Assembly (NCBI RefSeq): GCF_018350175.1
Contig: NC_058381.1
Location: 39,742,001-39,806,000, forward strand
Source: Felis catus
Lineage: Eukaryota
Direction of reading: 5' to 3'
Length of the DNA stretch: 64,000 bases
The notes beneath the pieces were generated by a model. The model was not told the origin of the DNA, searched no databases, and saw nothing but the letters and a program-made list of their open reading frames with translations. Made by a program: the position numbers and the translations under genes. Below are positions 35,510 to 48,309 of this stretch, piece after piece. Numbering within the stretch: position 1 is the first letter of the stretch; each line of letters starts with the position of its first letter.

Positions 35510-36216
35510 TTTATTTGTAAAAAAACAAACAAAACAAAACAAAACTATTGAGATAGGATTGACATACAAAAGTCTGTTCATATTTAATATAAATAACTTG
35601 ATGAGTTTGGAGATAAGTATATATACGCATGAAATAGTTACCACAATCAATGCCATAAACTCCAAAAGTTTCCTCCTTTTTTTTTTTTTTTTTTTTTTTT
35701 TTGGTGATAGGAACACTTGATACATATTTTTCTAGCAAATTTTTAAGTATACAATGCAGTATTAACTATAGACACCATGGTACACAGTAGATCTCTAAGA
35801 CTTATTCATCTTGCATAATTGAAGCTTTGTACCCTTTGGCCATCACGTCCTTATATCCCTTCCCCCCACCCCCCCCCCCCCCCCCAGCCTCAGGTAACCA
35901 CCATTCTACTCTCTGCTTCTATCAGTTGACTATTTTAGATTCCTCATATAAGTGGTGTCATGTAGGATTTGTTCTGTGTATGGCCTATTTATTTTAGCAT
36001 AATGTCTTCCAGGTTTATCTATATTGTTGTAAATAGCATGAATTCCTTCTTTCTTAAAGCTGAATAATATTTCATTGTATGTAAATACCACATTTTCTTT
36101 ATCCATCACCCATCCTTGGACCCTTGTTTTGCTTCCATGTCTTGTCTATTGTGGATAATGCTGTAGTGAACATGGGAGTGCCCGTATCTCTTTGAGATCC
36201 TGATTCCAGTTCGTTT
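35510..36216 (-). mobile_element. L1 3' end (L1MA/MB-like)
   Basis: 'AGTACAATGCAGTATTAACTATA', 'TTAGATTCCTCATATAAGTG'; translation PMFTTALSTIDKTWKQ. Confidence 0.85.
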
Positions 36217-36845
36217 TGATGAGGGAGTGTAAGGCAAGCTGACAGGCCACAAACACAGCTGTCCCCCCCCCCCCCCCCATCAGGTGGGATTTGTGTGATA
36301 TTCCTCCAGCATTCCTGGCTGCCCAAGAACAAAGGAAAGGGGAAAAACAAATGGTGGTTAACTGATAAGAGATCATAGTCTTGCAGGACTTAAGTCTCCA
36401 TCACCCCTCCACTGTGATGTGGGAACAAAGGCAGAAGGAAATGGCAGATAGAACTCAATTTCCTTATAATCTGCAGCCCATTGACAAACACTTGAGGCTG
36501 GCACAGTAAAATGTTTCTCCCTAACTCCCTACTGTCTTAATGCTAATGCTTTGCTAGAGGAAAAACAACCTTAGCTTGACAATAGCTAGGCCTCCACTAT
36601 CCCGGGAGTCTTCTTTAGCTTATGAAAATCTCACTAGAAAACTTCCCCTGGACTTTACCTCCCCTAACCCCATAGTATATAAACAATCTCTTCTCTTGGT
36701 TCTGGGGGCAGCTCTTCCTGCTCACAGGTCCTTTTGCCATGCTTCAATAAAATCACCTTTTTGTACCAAAGATATCTTCAAGAATTCTTTCTTGGCCTTT
36801 AGCTCCAGACCCCATGAAATGAACTGTCACCCCCCAAAAAGCCTC
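36217..36845 (+). mobile_element. Solo ERV LTR
   Basis: TGATGAGG start / CCTC end, TATATAAA (36676-36683), AATAAA (36746-36751); abrupt junction with L1. Confidence 0.7.
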
Positions 36846-36869
36846 TTTTAGATTTAATTTACTCATTCC

Positions 36870-38460
36870 ACGAAACTAAGATAACTATTTCACAGAACTG
36901 ATGGGATATTAAATGAAATTGGGTTCATTTTAAGTTTATTTAGTCTGGGTACAGCATATGGCATTAAACAAGGGAAGGAGAAAGGAGAAGGAAAATAAAT
37001 AAGGAAGAAAATACACAGTTTCTGTAATCATTCCAATTGATCACAAGGCTGTAGTTGATATTTATGACTCACTTCCTCCACTATCCATTTCATGTTTTCT
37101 TTATGCTCAATCAGGACCTCAGATGGGGTTTTTTACTTTGTGGGGGTGATTTAAATCTTCATGTCTGAGAAGTCTTGAATCCATAGTGGTCTTGTCTTTT
37201 TCAGTTTGTCAGTAGATGGGTTATAGTAGCACACAAATATAGTATAGATTGACTTCAAAACCTCAAGGAGCCCGCCAACTGTTGTGCTTTTCCTAGCTGA
37301 AGATAGTTCAAAGCACAGCAATGTTTCTTTTGCCTTAGAAAGGAGATCTCAACATGTTCTAGACAATTTGACTCCAAGAAATTTCACTGAGGTGATGACC
37401 TCCTTCATTTTTGTGGGGTTTACCTCCTACCCTGAGGTTCACGTATGTTTACTAAGACATCTAAAGTACTTGCTACTTCCTATTCATCAGAAACAATTAG
37501 CAGTGTAGTGGATTGATACGATGATGTGTGGAATGTCAAGATGATTAAGATCTCTTCTGAGTGTATTATGACAGAAAGCAGGAGAGTTGACACAGCCCAG
37601 AAGCAATGCTTGTAAAGTTACTGTTAGTCATACCAGTTAAAAGCAAACTACTTCTGATTGTCCTTGCAAACTGATATGGAGAAAAAGATATTTTCATATC
37701 AAAAGCTGCCAGTTGCCAGGGGCTATGTTGATTTGTTCCATTAAAGATACTCCATCCCTTGAAGCTTGCTTGGGTGGCTCAGTCTATTAAGCATGCCTCT
37801 TGATTTCAGCTGTGGTCAGGATTCCTTGGTTTGTGAGATCACATCAGGCTCTGTGCTGCGCGTGGAGCCAGCCTAAGATTCTTTCTCCCTTTGTCCTTGC
37901 CTTGCTTGCTTGGGCTCTCTCTCTCTCTCTCTCTTAAAAAAGAAAAAAGATACTCTATATGCTCCATCTGGAACGTCAGCTCCAATTGGGACCATTTACC
38001 AAAATTATTTCAAAATAATAGTAGATAATTACTTTGTTATACTCTTAAGATTTTTCTGCTTTTTCTGCAGGACAAAGAAGTAAGTGGGGAGATGCTAGGT
38101 ATCACCACCAGGCTGTATGCAAGTCTTTGAAAATGGCACTCATTTTCACAATTCACTAGGGATATAGTATCTTTTTTCCCTTGTAATGAGGGGAATTTCC
38201 AGTGGCTTCTACTTGGCTCTTCCTACCATGGGAGTTTTATTCCTTAAGCCAGAGTGTGAATGTGGGGGTTATGCCGGTTGTCAAACAGATTATTCCAGTT
38301 GGGGAATTGATCTCTGGACCTACTGGGTCCACTGTGATTTAAATGTGTGATAAAATGCCAGCTGTGACTGGGCCACCATAAGCCACCACTTTCATTGGTG
38401 TACTGGAGTGACATCTTGGGTCTTCAGGAATTAGTGTCAACACAGTGTCTGATAATCCAT
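36870..38460 (-). mobile_element. Degenerate ERVL/MaLR internal (protease-pol) remnant
   Basis: Minus-strand translation near 38370-38450 (TLIPEDPRCHSSTPMKVVAYGG) resembles the ERVL protease region; heavily disrupted. Confidence 0.55.
37760..37945 (+). mobile_element. Older carnivore SINE
   Basis: TSD AAAGATACTCYAT; (CT)n and A tail. Confidence 0.85.
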
Positions 38461-38630
38461 GTAGTAGGCAGAATTTGGGGACCCATGACCTCTGAGCCCT
38501 GGTGTCATGTCCATGAATATATTATGTTTGGAGACCAAAGGGACTTTGCAGATATAATTAAGGTTACTAATGAGTTGACTCTAAAATATGGAGAATGTCC
38601 TGGACTATCCAGGTGGACTGAAAGACAGTA
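38460..38630 (+). mobile_element. MLT1-type LTR fragment
   Basis: 'AAAGGGACTTTGCAGATATAATTAAGGTTACTAAT' MLT1 hallmark. Confidence 0.7.
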
Positions 38631-38866
38631 ACCTAACACCTGACACAAAGAGGAACTTAATCTGACTTCCACAGCTTCCAAAGTAGCCATTTTTAAACCT
38701 GCAGAAACTTGTTGCACCTCCTTCATGTCTAGTTCATTAATTTCATTCTCTATGAGTTTTGGACTCAGATTTGGGCTCAGATTTGGGTTTCAGGGTTTTT
38801 TGTTTGTTTGTTTGTTTTGTTTTGTTTTGTTTTGTTTTTGTTTACTTACAAGAATATGTGACTTAA

Positions 38867-39080
38867 GGGACACTTGGGTGGCTCAGTTGGTTAAGCGTCC
38901 GGCTCTTGATTTTGGTTCAGGTCATGATCTTGCAGTTTGTGGGACGGAGCCCTGCATCAGGTTCTGTGCTGAATGTGCAGAGCCTGCTTGGGATTCTCCC
39001 TCTCCCTCTCTTTCTGCCCCACTCATGCTAACGCTCTTTCTCTCTCTCTCAAAATAAATGATTAAACTTAAAAAAAAAAA
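38867..39080 (+). mobile_element. Carnivore SINE
   Basis: 17-bp TSD AAGAATATGTGACTTAA. Confidence 0.93.
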
Positions 39081-39431
39081 AAGAATATGTGACTTAAGCA
39101 AGCTATTTAGCTTCATTTAGACTTACTTTCCTCATCTATAAGCCAGGATAACAATATCCATTTCAAGGATTAATGTAAGTGTTAAATGAAAAATAAAGCA
39201 TGCATGGAGTATAATTAGCATGCGACACAGTGTGTGGTACTAAACGAGGTCATACTGGTTCTCGTCTCTTTTATGCGTGTCTTACCCATCATTCTTCCCC
39301 CTTTTCTTTTCTGCCTCTTGTCCCTAGTCTTTTTCATTGTGTCTTCTGTCTTTTCTCTTCTATTTCGTACTTTTCCTTTCCTTTTCATTCTTTTCTCCAT
39401 CATTTATTACCATAATCAATCACCATCCCCT

Positions 39432-40056
39432 TGAAAGGAACAATCCAAATGACAGCCCTGCCTTAGTTTAAAGCTAGGTTCTCTTTTCTGCTTATTATGG
39501 ATCTTTGATAAGAAATACAATTGCTGAGAAGTCTGTTTTGCTTGCTGTTTGCTACGAGCATTGTGAGGCCTTTCCTGAATGTAACCCGCTGTGTAGTAGA
39601 ATGGGTTGTAAACCTTCCTAAATGTAGTCTGATATGTAATGGAATGAGTGATTGTACATAAACTAACCGGCATTTCTCGCTTCTGTAAACCTGCTTGCTT
39701 AGCACATTCCTCACCTACCCTACCCCCTTCCCCCTTCCCCCTTTTTCCTCCCGCCACAAGTAACGGGACAAAGCCTTCCCGCCAAAGGACAGACAAAGGA
39801 CGCCCAATCAGAGAACAACAAATGTCCTTACTTTAAAATCAACTAATCAGGCCCCTCATAATTTGAAACCTCCCCTGTGCTATTTGTCTCTGTCTATAAA
39901 AACGCTGTACCAACCCTGATCGAGGCCTCTTGCGTCACCGGCGACGAGTGCGCAGAGGACCAGGTTCGAACCTGCAATAAACGACCCTTGCCGCTTGGCT
40001 TTGACTTATGACTCTGGTGGACTTCTGTGGGAGGTTTCGGAACTTCGGGCATTACA
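39432..40056 (+). mobile_element. Young solo LTR, gammaretrovirus-like ERV
   Basis: TGAAAG...TTACA termini, near-TSD CCCT/CCCC, CCAAT (39804), TATAAA (39895), AATAAA (39976), retained CpGs. Confidence 0.8.
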
Positions 40057-40659
40057 CCCCCCACACTCCTGCCAGCCTGATTTTGTTCTTTACTTTTTGT
40101 TATTCATCTACTCATAGTTATGGTCAGTGAACCTCAATTAAAAATGCTCCCCACTTTTGCTCTAGAATTTGCAGTCCATGTGCTTTTCCTGTCACTGAAC
40201 TGCTTCTACATCTCCAATCCTCTTAGGTGTTATATATAGAAAGTTTTCCATTTTTGAGACCTCACTGCAGTCTATTGCATAGTGTAGTGGTTAAGAATAT
40301 TCTCGGTTTCCAGTTTTGCAAAAGCCAACAAGTAATGGCTTGATCAAAGGACTTATTCTTCTCATAGGTAGGCAGCTGCTAGCAATGGTTCAGAGACTCA
40401 GCCATGTCAGGACCAGTGTTCCTTGAGTTCTCTTGGGATTCTGTAGCTCTAGGAATCCTGTCTGTATTTAAAGTGAAAAGAACAGTCACAGTGAGGAGGA
40501 AGTAGAAGCACCAGCAGTGTGTGTCCCTTTTATCAATAAAAGAAAGCTTTCTCAAAAGTCCTTAACTGGCTTCTACTTATATTTCACAGGCTAGTCTTGT
40601 GTCTCTCTATAACTTTTATTTATTTTTTTAATTCATAAGCTTATTATTTTAGTGTCAGA

Positions 40660-41215
40660 GTACAGGCATCTGTGGGGCATAGTAGGTCAGACACTTTGGC
40701 AATATTGTAATGTCTCTATGGTTTTGCCTTTTTTAGAACGTTATGTAATTGGGATAATATAGTACGTAGCCTTTTCAAATTGGCTTCTTTCATTTAGTAA
40801 TATGCATTTAAGATTCTTCCATGTCTTTTTGTGGTTTGATAAATCATTTCTTTTTATCACAGGATAGTATTCCATTGTATAGATATAATATAGTTTGTTT
40901 TTCCATTCCCCTATTGAAGGATATCTTTGCAGCTTCCAGTTTTTGGCAGTTAGGAATAAAACTGCTGTAAACATTGATGTGCAGGTTTTTGTGTGGACAT
41001 AAGTTTTCATCTTTGGATAAATACATGGGAACACGATTGGTGAATTGTACGGTAAGCCTATGTTTAGCTTGGTAAGAAATAGCCCAGCTGTCTTTCAAAG
41101 TGGCCCTACCATTTAGCTTTCCCACCAGCAGTGACAATTCTTGTTGCTCTGTTAACATTTCCCAGCATTTGGTATTGTCATTGCTTTGGATTTAGCCACT
41201 CTAATAGGTGTGCAC
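40660..41215 (-). mobile_element. Old L1 ORF2 3' fragment
   Basis: Translation YPKMKTYVHTKTCTSMFTAVLFLTAKNWK. Confidence 0.88.
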
Positions 41216-42100
41216 AGTGGACCCTTTTTTACTCTTTTCCTTCCATTTAGAATGACCTTTAAGGCCTCAAAGATTACCTCCCTTGTGAAACTTTCCCAGA
41301 TGCTGCCCCCAACATGGTCCCTGCTGGTTCCAAATGATCTTTTCCTTTTTGAAATCCTGTTTCTGGCTCTTTTGTCTTCTTCTTTGTAGTCTACATAACA
41401 AGATACTACTTTCCACAGCAGTGGCCATCTAAAGCCTCTCCAAAATTTCTGAGAGTTCCTGAGGTATTACTTACTTGTAGGTCCCCCTGCTCTGAGTTCT
41501 GGGTTGTCTCCAACTCCTTTGAGTCAACCCAGACATAAAACTCAGCTCTTTCCTTGGTGTTCACAGGAAAGTTGACCTACTCTAATAGGGATTGTATGAG
41601 TTTAGTAACTTAATGGGGATGAAACATGGAGTAATACTCATGACTTCCTTACTGGGTCTCTCCTCTGTTCTTTCATCTCCTCACTCCCTTTCTGGAATAA
41701 AAAAAGAATTCTTCTCTGTCTCGTTTGTAATTATTTAACATCCTTGTTTCTCAGCACCCATTGTAAGTTGGACTACCAAGGCTTATTGGCCACAAAAGCA
41801 TCCCCCTAAGACAGGGAGATTTTTTTTTTTCTACCAACTACTAAGAGAACGCAGTTTATTTGTTATATTGTTTGTAGCTATTTTCACACATATACTTTTT
41901 ATTTCTGGATAGTAAAGTCCTCAGGGATAAGAATTAAGTCTTCATCTTCCTGATCTCCATAGTTCCTCCATACACTTTATATGACTTCAGTTTCTTTTAA
42001 AAAGAAACAAATATACTTCTTTGAAGGAGGCATTAACACATTATCACATTTTATTTACAAGTAGAAACACAGACTATGGTTTGTTTGCCCAGTTATAATA

Positions 42101-42106
42101 TTTATT
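42101..42106 (-). terminator. Probable poly(A) signal of the first KRTAP1 gene
   Basis: AATAAA on minus strand followed ~15-20 nt later by GCAAA, as in sister genes. Confidence 0.6.
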
Positions 42107-42511
42107 AAGAAATGACAGAAAACACTATATCACAGATGTAAATGAAATAGCCAACAGGCAAGATCCTTATGATTCCCCCCCACCCCTCAAATAGGGATGA
42201 AATCAGATGTTGAAATATGAAAAAGTCTAGCCTACTTCTTAGAAGCTGAATGTTGGGTGAAGGGCTTCCATTCTCTCTGGTGACATCTGAGGAAAGTCAC
42301 GTGGCTGTACCCTGGTTTGATGTTAGAAAAAATGTTATTAAATGTAGCAAAAAGCAGATTATAAGGCAGGGAAGAATTAGACTTGTGGGTAGTTCTAAAG
42401 GATTAATTCCACAATATGTCAGTTATTTTAGACCCTGAAGAAAAATCAGAAATAGTATATCCAAAGCATTTTGATAATCAGCTGGTATGTTTGCAGCATT
42501 TCTGTGTCCGT

Positions 42512-42551
42512 AGTGGGGAATCAATGTATTCAGTGGAGAATCAATGTATTC
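42512..42551. repeat. 20-bp tandem duplication in 3' UTR
   Basis: AGTGGRGAATCAATGTATTC twice. Confidence 0.9.
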
Positions 42552-42711
42552 ATTGCAGAATGATATCAGGTAGAGCCCATATACTTGGCAGCCCCCATTA
42601 CAAAAACCCAAGTGGAAGTCGTAGAACTTGTGGTGGTCCAGGGGTGGTTGAGGAGATACACTGTTCAGAGATACTGTGTCCTGGGCAACTGGAAATCAAC
42701 AACCTGGTTTT

Positions 42712-43200
42712 TTAACAGGTGGGCTCACAGCAGGTGGGCTGGCAGCAGTAGCAGCAGCAGGCAGGGCGGCAGCAGGACTGTCCACAGTAGGACGGGCGGC
42801 AGCAGGAGGCCTGGGCGTGGTGCAGCTGGCAGCAGGTGGGGGGTATGCAGCTCACCACACAGCAGGGGGGCAGGCAGGTGTCCTCCACGCGGCAGTCAGG
42901 GCGGCACCACCTGACGCGGCAGCTCACGGCTCCGCAGCCACCCTCCTGGCCGCCACCAGTGCCACAGCCGGTCCCGCAGCAGCTGTTCTGGCAGCAGCTG
43001 GGCTGGCAGCAGCTGGTCTGGCAGCAGCTGTTCTGGCAGCAGCTGGGCTGGCAGCAGCTGGTCTGACAGCAGCTGGGCTGGCAGCAGCTGGACTGGCAGC
43101 AGCTGTTCTGGCAGCAGTTGGGCCGGCAGCAGCTGGAGCCACAGTTCCCGCTGGTGGAGCAGGTGGGAAATCCACAGAAGCTAGTGGAGCAGCAGGCCAT
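42712..43200 (-). CDS. KRTAP1-5: Keratin-associated protein 1 family (B2 high-sulfur), 162 aa
   Basis: [15 protein letters not shown], CCQxS pentapeptide array and [22 protein letters not shown] core; number by position only. Confidence 0.93.
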   Translation of the reverse strand: MACCSTSFCGFPTCSTSGNCGSSCCRPNCCQNSCCQSSCCQPSCCQTSCCQPSCCQNSCCQTSCCQPSCCQNSCCGTGCGTGGGQEGGCGAVSCRVRWCRPDCRVEDTCLPPCCVVSCIPPTCCQLHHAQASCCRPSYCGQSCCRPACCCYCCQPTCCEPTC

Positions 43201-43268
43201 GGTGTCAGGAGCTGGGCTGAGAGTTGGGTTGCTTAGAGGTGTTTTGGTGGTCAGGTCTATGTCAGGCC

Positions 43269-43277
43269 TTTTATATA
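43269..43277 (-). promoter_or_regulatory. TATA box
   Basis: TATATAAAA ~69 bp upstream of the ATG; CCAAT at ~43358-43362. Confidence 0.8.
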
Positions 43278-43707
43278 TTTGAGCCAGCTTCTATTTATAA
43301 AAATGTTAACATATCTTCCTTGTTTTTGTTTTAAATTTGTTCCTCATTGGACCTCTGATTGGCTTACATTGAAATACTTATGACCTATTATGAGCAGCAG
43401 TTTAGAAATTGGTTTGTTTTGTAGTTTCATTTGGACTGCTCGTGTGGTCCTTTGCTCTTTGGAATACATTTGTGGTTTTCCATGTTCAAAGAGTCCTTCC
43501 ATTTTAGCCCTTGCCAACGCCCTCATTTTGTAGAGGTGGTTATTCCACGTGACGTTTTGTCCATATCTCTAAGATAATTGTGCTCTTAGTTTAAACTATT
43601 ATTTTTTTCTTCTGACTATATAGACTGAATTCTTTTGCATTTAGGATATCAGAACATCCACTGAACTGAAAAGAGTACTCTTTGTGTATAATTCAAAGCT
43701 TCCTACT

Positions 43708-43931
43708 GGGGTACCTGGGTGGCTCAGTTGGTTAAGCATCCGACTCTTGATTTCAATTCAGGTCATGATCTCACGATTCGTGAAATCAAACCCCATGTTG
43801 GGGCTCTGCGCTGACAGTGTGAAGCCTACTTGGGATTCTCTCTCTCTCCCTCTCTCTGCGCCTTCTTGCTTTTGCGTGTGCATGCTCTCTCTGTCTCTGT
43901 CTCTCTCTCTCTCAAATAAACATTAAAAAAA
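43708..43931 (+). mobile_element. Carnivore SINE
   Basis: GGGGTACCTGGGTGGCTCAG head, (CT)n, A tail. Confidence 0.92.
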
Positions 43932-45278
43932 CTTCAAACTAATTTACTCCAACATAAAGTCAAATGACTACTATAGTTCCTTTGATTCCAATCAATTTGA
44001 AATGTGTAACTATTATTCATATTCTAGGCCAGAAATCTTTTCTTGTGAACAAGTGACGTAGTATATATAAAGATAGCAGAGTGCTAAGCGTCAGGTAGGA
44101 CTTTAATAAATGCTTACTAAATCTGATTTTGAATGGGTGGAGTAAAAGACATGATTCATGGATGCATGTACCACTTATAAATGATTTAATAGAACTTTCA
44201 AGCTGTAGTGCCTCTCGTGGAGGAGTCCTTATTATTGTCAAAAGACATTAGGAAGTGCTGAAATATTTTTCTGTGTTTAATAGTTGAACCAAGTCTCAGG
44301 GAAAAACATCTGGGAGTTGTGACATTTTGAAGGACATTCTTCCTTGAAACGCATAATCTTGTGTTTGATCTATCATTGCTACCAATTAAATGATAGAGGT
44401 AAGTGCTGGCAGCTTATAAAAAACTTGGAAAATATTTTTCTTAAAGTATCCTATATTTTGTCCTATTGTATTTTGTATTGCACTGAAATACTTAATAAGG
44501 AGTTAAAAAATTAAAAGATTTTTTTTTTTTGCTCTAGATTTGTCTTAAGTTTCCAAGAGAACATCTTTCAAATTGGGTTGCAAAGTACAACCTAAATAGT
44601 TGTTTGAGATTTCTAATACATGTGTCTGACAAACGATGTTGGTAGAACTCACGGGGTATCTCCCAGGCTGTTTGTTCTATCCTTGTTTAGGTCAGAGATA
44701 CACTTTCTATGTACTTCCAGTAAAGTGTTGGGAGTTGAAACTTGGAGGGCAATTTGGAGACCAGTGGGAAGAATATAATAGCCTAAGACATAGGAATTAA
44801 GCCTAAATGCTCTTGGAAAACAGTATCTAATAGATAGTATCTGGTAGATATTTTACAATCTATTTAATAAGTAATATAATCTCTAGATATTAGGTACACA
44901 TGAAGGAGAACATCTAGTATATAAACTGGAGGGGGATTAAAATGGTAGAGTTACATGTAGGTAGAAATCCCATAGATTTGATCAACCTGAAAATTTTAGC
45001 CAAAAGTTGCTTTACTGGTTTAGACCTAATTATTACAGGTTAGAGCATTTAACTATTTGAATAACTGTAAAGATTATTTAATGCATGGAGCATTTTGTTA
45101 ACTGATGGATTCAAGCATAGTGTAATTAGTATTCAGCCTGTCTGGTTTAGACCTCATGTGTATGCTTTAGGATTATTATAAAAATGCAAATCCACTCTCC
45201 TTGAATTCCAGCTAAAGATGGATAAGCTTAGAGGTAGAAGAAAGAAAATAACCCAGTTTGCTTTACACATTTAAACAT

Positions 45279-45284
45279 TTTATT
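45279..45284 (-). terminator. Poly(A) signal of the second KRTAP1 gene
   Basis: AATAAA on minus strand ~320 bp past the stop. Confidence 0.68.
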
Positions 45285-45602
45285 TGAAATTAACAGGGGA
45301 TATTCAAGGAGAAAGCCGGTCTAAAACATGTGGGGATCAAGAGATAGGGAGGAGACCAGAGATGTCACTGAAATGAAGTGACCCTGGAGCCTTCTCAAGC
45401 AAGGCAGGATATCTAGATACTCTGATTGATACATGTTTTCAGTGTGCTAATTCAGCACATCCAAGAGGGTCCTGACTAAACTCATTTCTGAGCAGCTTAG
45501 AAACATCATGGTACTTAGCATGGGAGTAAAATTGAACACTTCTTCTGAGATCAGAGCGGTTTGCTTAGTTTCCCCTTTCATTCTTAATCAGCAACCCTGC
45601 TT

Positions 45603-46091
45603 TCAACAGGTGGACTGGCAGGAGGTGGGCTCACAGCAGGTGGGCTGGCAGCAGCTGGGCTGGCAGCAGTAGCAGCAGCAGGCAGGGCGGCAGCAGGACT
45701 GTCCACAGTAGGACGGGCGGCAGCAGGAGGCCTGGGCGTGGTGCAGCTGGCAGCAGGTGGGGGGTATGCAGCTCACCACACAGCAGGGGGGCAGGCAGGT
45801 GTCCTCCACGCGGCAGTCAGGGCGGCACCACCTGACGCGGCAGCTCACGGCTCCGCAGCCACCCTCCTGGCCGCCACCAGTGCCACAGCCGGTCCCGCAG
45901 CAGCTGTTCTGGCAGCAGCTGGGCTGGCAGCAGCTGCTCTGACAGCAGCTGGGCTGACAGCAGCTGGGCTGGCAGCAGCTGGACTGGCAGCAGCTGTTCT
46001 GGCAGCAGTTGGGCCGGCAGCAGCTGGAGCCACAGTTCCCGCTGGTGGAGCAGGTGGGAAATCCACAGAAGCTAGTGGAGCAGCAGGCCAT
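45603..46091 (-). CDS. KRTAP1-4: Keratin-associated protein 1 family, 162 aa
   Basis: Same KAP1 core, 7 N-terminal CCQxS units, longer C-tail; number by position. Confidence 0.93.
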   Translation of the reverse strand: MACCSTSFCGFPTCSTSGNCGSSCCRPNCCQNSCCQSSCCQPSCCQPSCCQSSCCQPSCCQNSCCGTGCGTGGGQEGGCGAVSCRVRWCRPDCRVEDTCLPPCCVVSCIPPTCCQLHHAQASCCRPSYCGQSCCRPACCCYCCQPSCCQPTCCEPTSCQSTC

Positions 46092-46167
46092 GGTGTCAGG
46101 AGCTGGGCTGAGAGTTGGGTTGCTAAGAGAAGTTTTTGAGTTTTGACTGCACCTTCTACTTCTGGCC

Positions 46168-46175
46168 TTTTATAT
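46168..46175 (-). promoter_or_regulatory. TATA box
   Basis: ATATAAAA ~77 bp upstream of the ATG; CCAAT at ~46247-46251. Confidence 0.8.
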
Positions 46176-46715
46176 CTATCCTAGAGCTGCATATTGTCCT
46201 AGCATTCAGCATTGTTCCTTGATACCCTTTGCAAAGTCAGTCTCTGATTGGCTGATACCTGAGTTGTTTAGAAAGTTATAAATAGCATTTCAATAGCCTG
46301 CTTGGTGATTATTCAATTAAGTCCTATTTTGTTTCTTCTTTGCCCTCTGGATCAAGTGAATGCTTTTTATGGAAGCCAATCAGAGCAACACCTCTTTATG
46401 CAAATCATATGACAGACTGTATGTGGGCCACTCCTGGCTTGCTTGGTCATACCTGCCCTTTGTTGATCTTTTAGACAGTTTATCTAAACTGAGCATTTTC
46501 TTCCTAAGTGGTCACTAAATTAAGGATCAGGACTTCATAAAAGAAAATTTGTTCAGATTTCGAATGACTAACATTAGAGTCATCAAAACATTAATCAACA
46601 TCCAAAAGAACTATGCCTTTCTAGGATCTGTTTGTGCAAGTTATAGGATACTGAGAGCTCTAACCAATATTTTTGCCTTCCACCAACCATGTACATATTC
46701 CCAACTGAAACTGTT

Positions 46716-46748
46716 TTTTTTTTTTAATTTTTTTAATCTTTATTTATT

Positions 46749-46784
<36 letters not shown>

Positions 46785-46952
46785 CATGAGCAGGGTAGGG
46801 GCAGAGAGAGAGGGAGACACAGAATCTGAAGCAGACTCCAGGCTCTGAGCTGTCAACACAGAGCCCGACATGAGGCTCAAACTCACGGACTGTGAGATCA
46901 TGACCTGAGCCAAAGTTGGACACCTAACTGACTGAGCCACCCAGGTGCCCCC
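46716..46952 (-). mobile_element. Carnivore SINE
   Basis: TSD CARCTGAAACTGTT. Confidence 0.92.
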
Positions 46953-47490
46953 ACAGCTGAAACTGTTAAGACTTTTGCCGGTAGATGGTTTTTATGACTC
47001 TACTAAATGAAAAATATATGCTAGTAATGAATACACCTTTTAACAAGTCAAACAGTACACAGACATATAAACAAATTTAATAATTTTCCTGTTTTCCCCC
47101 AAACACCCATCCCCTCCAAAACTAGTACTTCAGAAATAATCAATATTAACAATTTGGTATATATTCTTTGACACCTTTCTTCCTGCTTTTGCAGACATAA
47201 ACCAGCATATACATAAGTAAAAGTAAAATATAAATAAAAAGTAAAAGTTGGGATCTATACATACTTATTTTTAAAAAATTTTAATTGTAATAAAATACAC
47301 ATAAAATTTGCCTACTTAATCATTTTTAAGTGCACAGTTCACTAGTGTGAAGAGCATTCACACTGGTGTGTAATCAATCTCCAGAATTCTTATCTTGTAA
47401 AACTGAAGCTCTATATCCATTAAAGAGCAATTTTTCCATTCTCTCCTCCCTAAGCCTTTGTAACCACCTTTCCACTTTTTGTATTGATGA

Positions 47491-47666
47491 NNNNNNNNNN
47501 NNNNNNNNNNNNNNNNNNNNNNNNNNNNNNNNNNNNNNNNNNNNNNNNNNNNNNNNNNNNNNNNNNNNNNNNNNNNNNNNNNNNNNNNNNNNNNNNNNNN
47601 NNNNNNNNNNNNNNNNNNNNNNNNNNNNNNNNNNNNNNNNNNNNNNNNNNNNNNNNNNNNNNNNNN
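47491..47666. other. Assembly gap (176 N)
   Basis: Run of N. Confidence 1.
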
Positions 47667-48074
47667 TTATGTATTTGTCCATCAGTGAACACTTGGGTTG
47701 CTTCCAACCTTTTGGCTATTGTGATTAATGTTGCCATGAACACGGATGTAGAAATATCTTTTCAAGATACTACTCTCACTTCTTTTGGGTAGATACCTAG
47801 AAGTGGAATTGCTGGATCACATGGCAGTTCTATTTTTAGTTTTTTGAGTACCTGCCATACTGTTTCCCATAGCGGCTGTACCATTTTATATTTCTACCAA
47901 CAGTGCACAAGGGTTCCAATTTCTTCACATCCTTGCCAACACTTTTTGGGTTTTTTGAGAGTAGACATTCTAGTGGGTAAGACATGGTATGTCCTTGTGG
48001 TTTTGATTTGTATTTTTGTAATGATTAGTGAGATGGAACATCTTTCATATGCTTTTTGGACATTTGTATATCTT

Positions 48075-48124
48075 TTTTTTTAAAGATTAACTTAATTTTT
48101 TTTCTTTAAAGTTTAGTTATTTAT

Positions 48125-48183
<59 letters not shown>

Positions 48184-48309
48184 CCCAAGCAGGCTCCACA
48201 CTGTCAGTGCGGAATCTGACTCAGGGCTCAAACTCACAAACCATGAGATCATGACCTGAGCCAAAATCAGGAGTCAGATGCTTAACCCACCGAGCCATCC
48301 AGGTGCCCC
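48075..48309 (-). mobile_element. Carnivore SINE with long (GA)n, inserted in L1
   Basis: TSD CATTTGTATATCTT. Confidence 0.92.

Noticed and set aside
42975-43135. Regular 15-bp repeats resembling a CRISPR-like array
   Set aside because: Coding pentapeptide repeats with no unique spacers, in a mammalian gene
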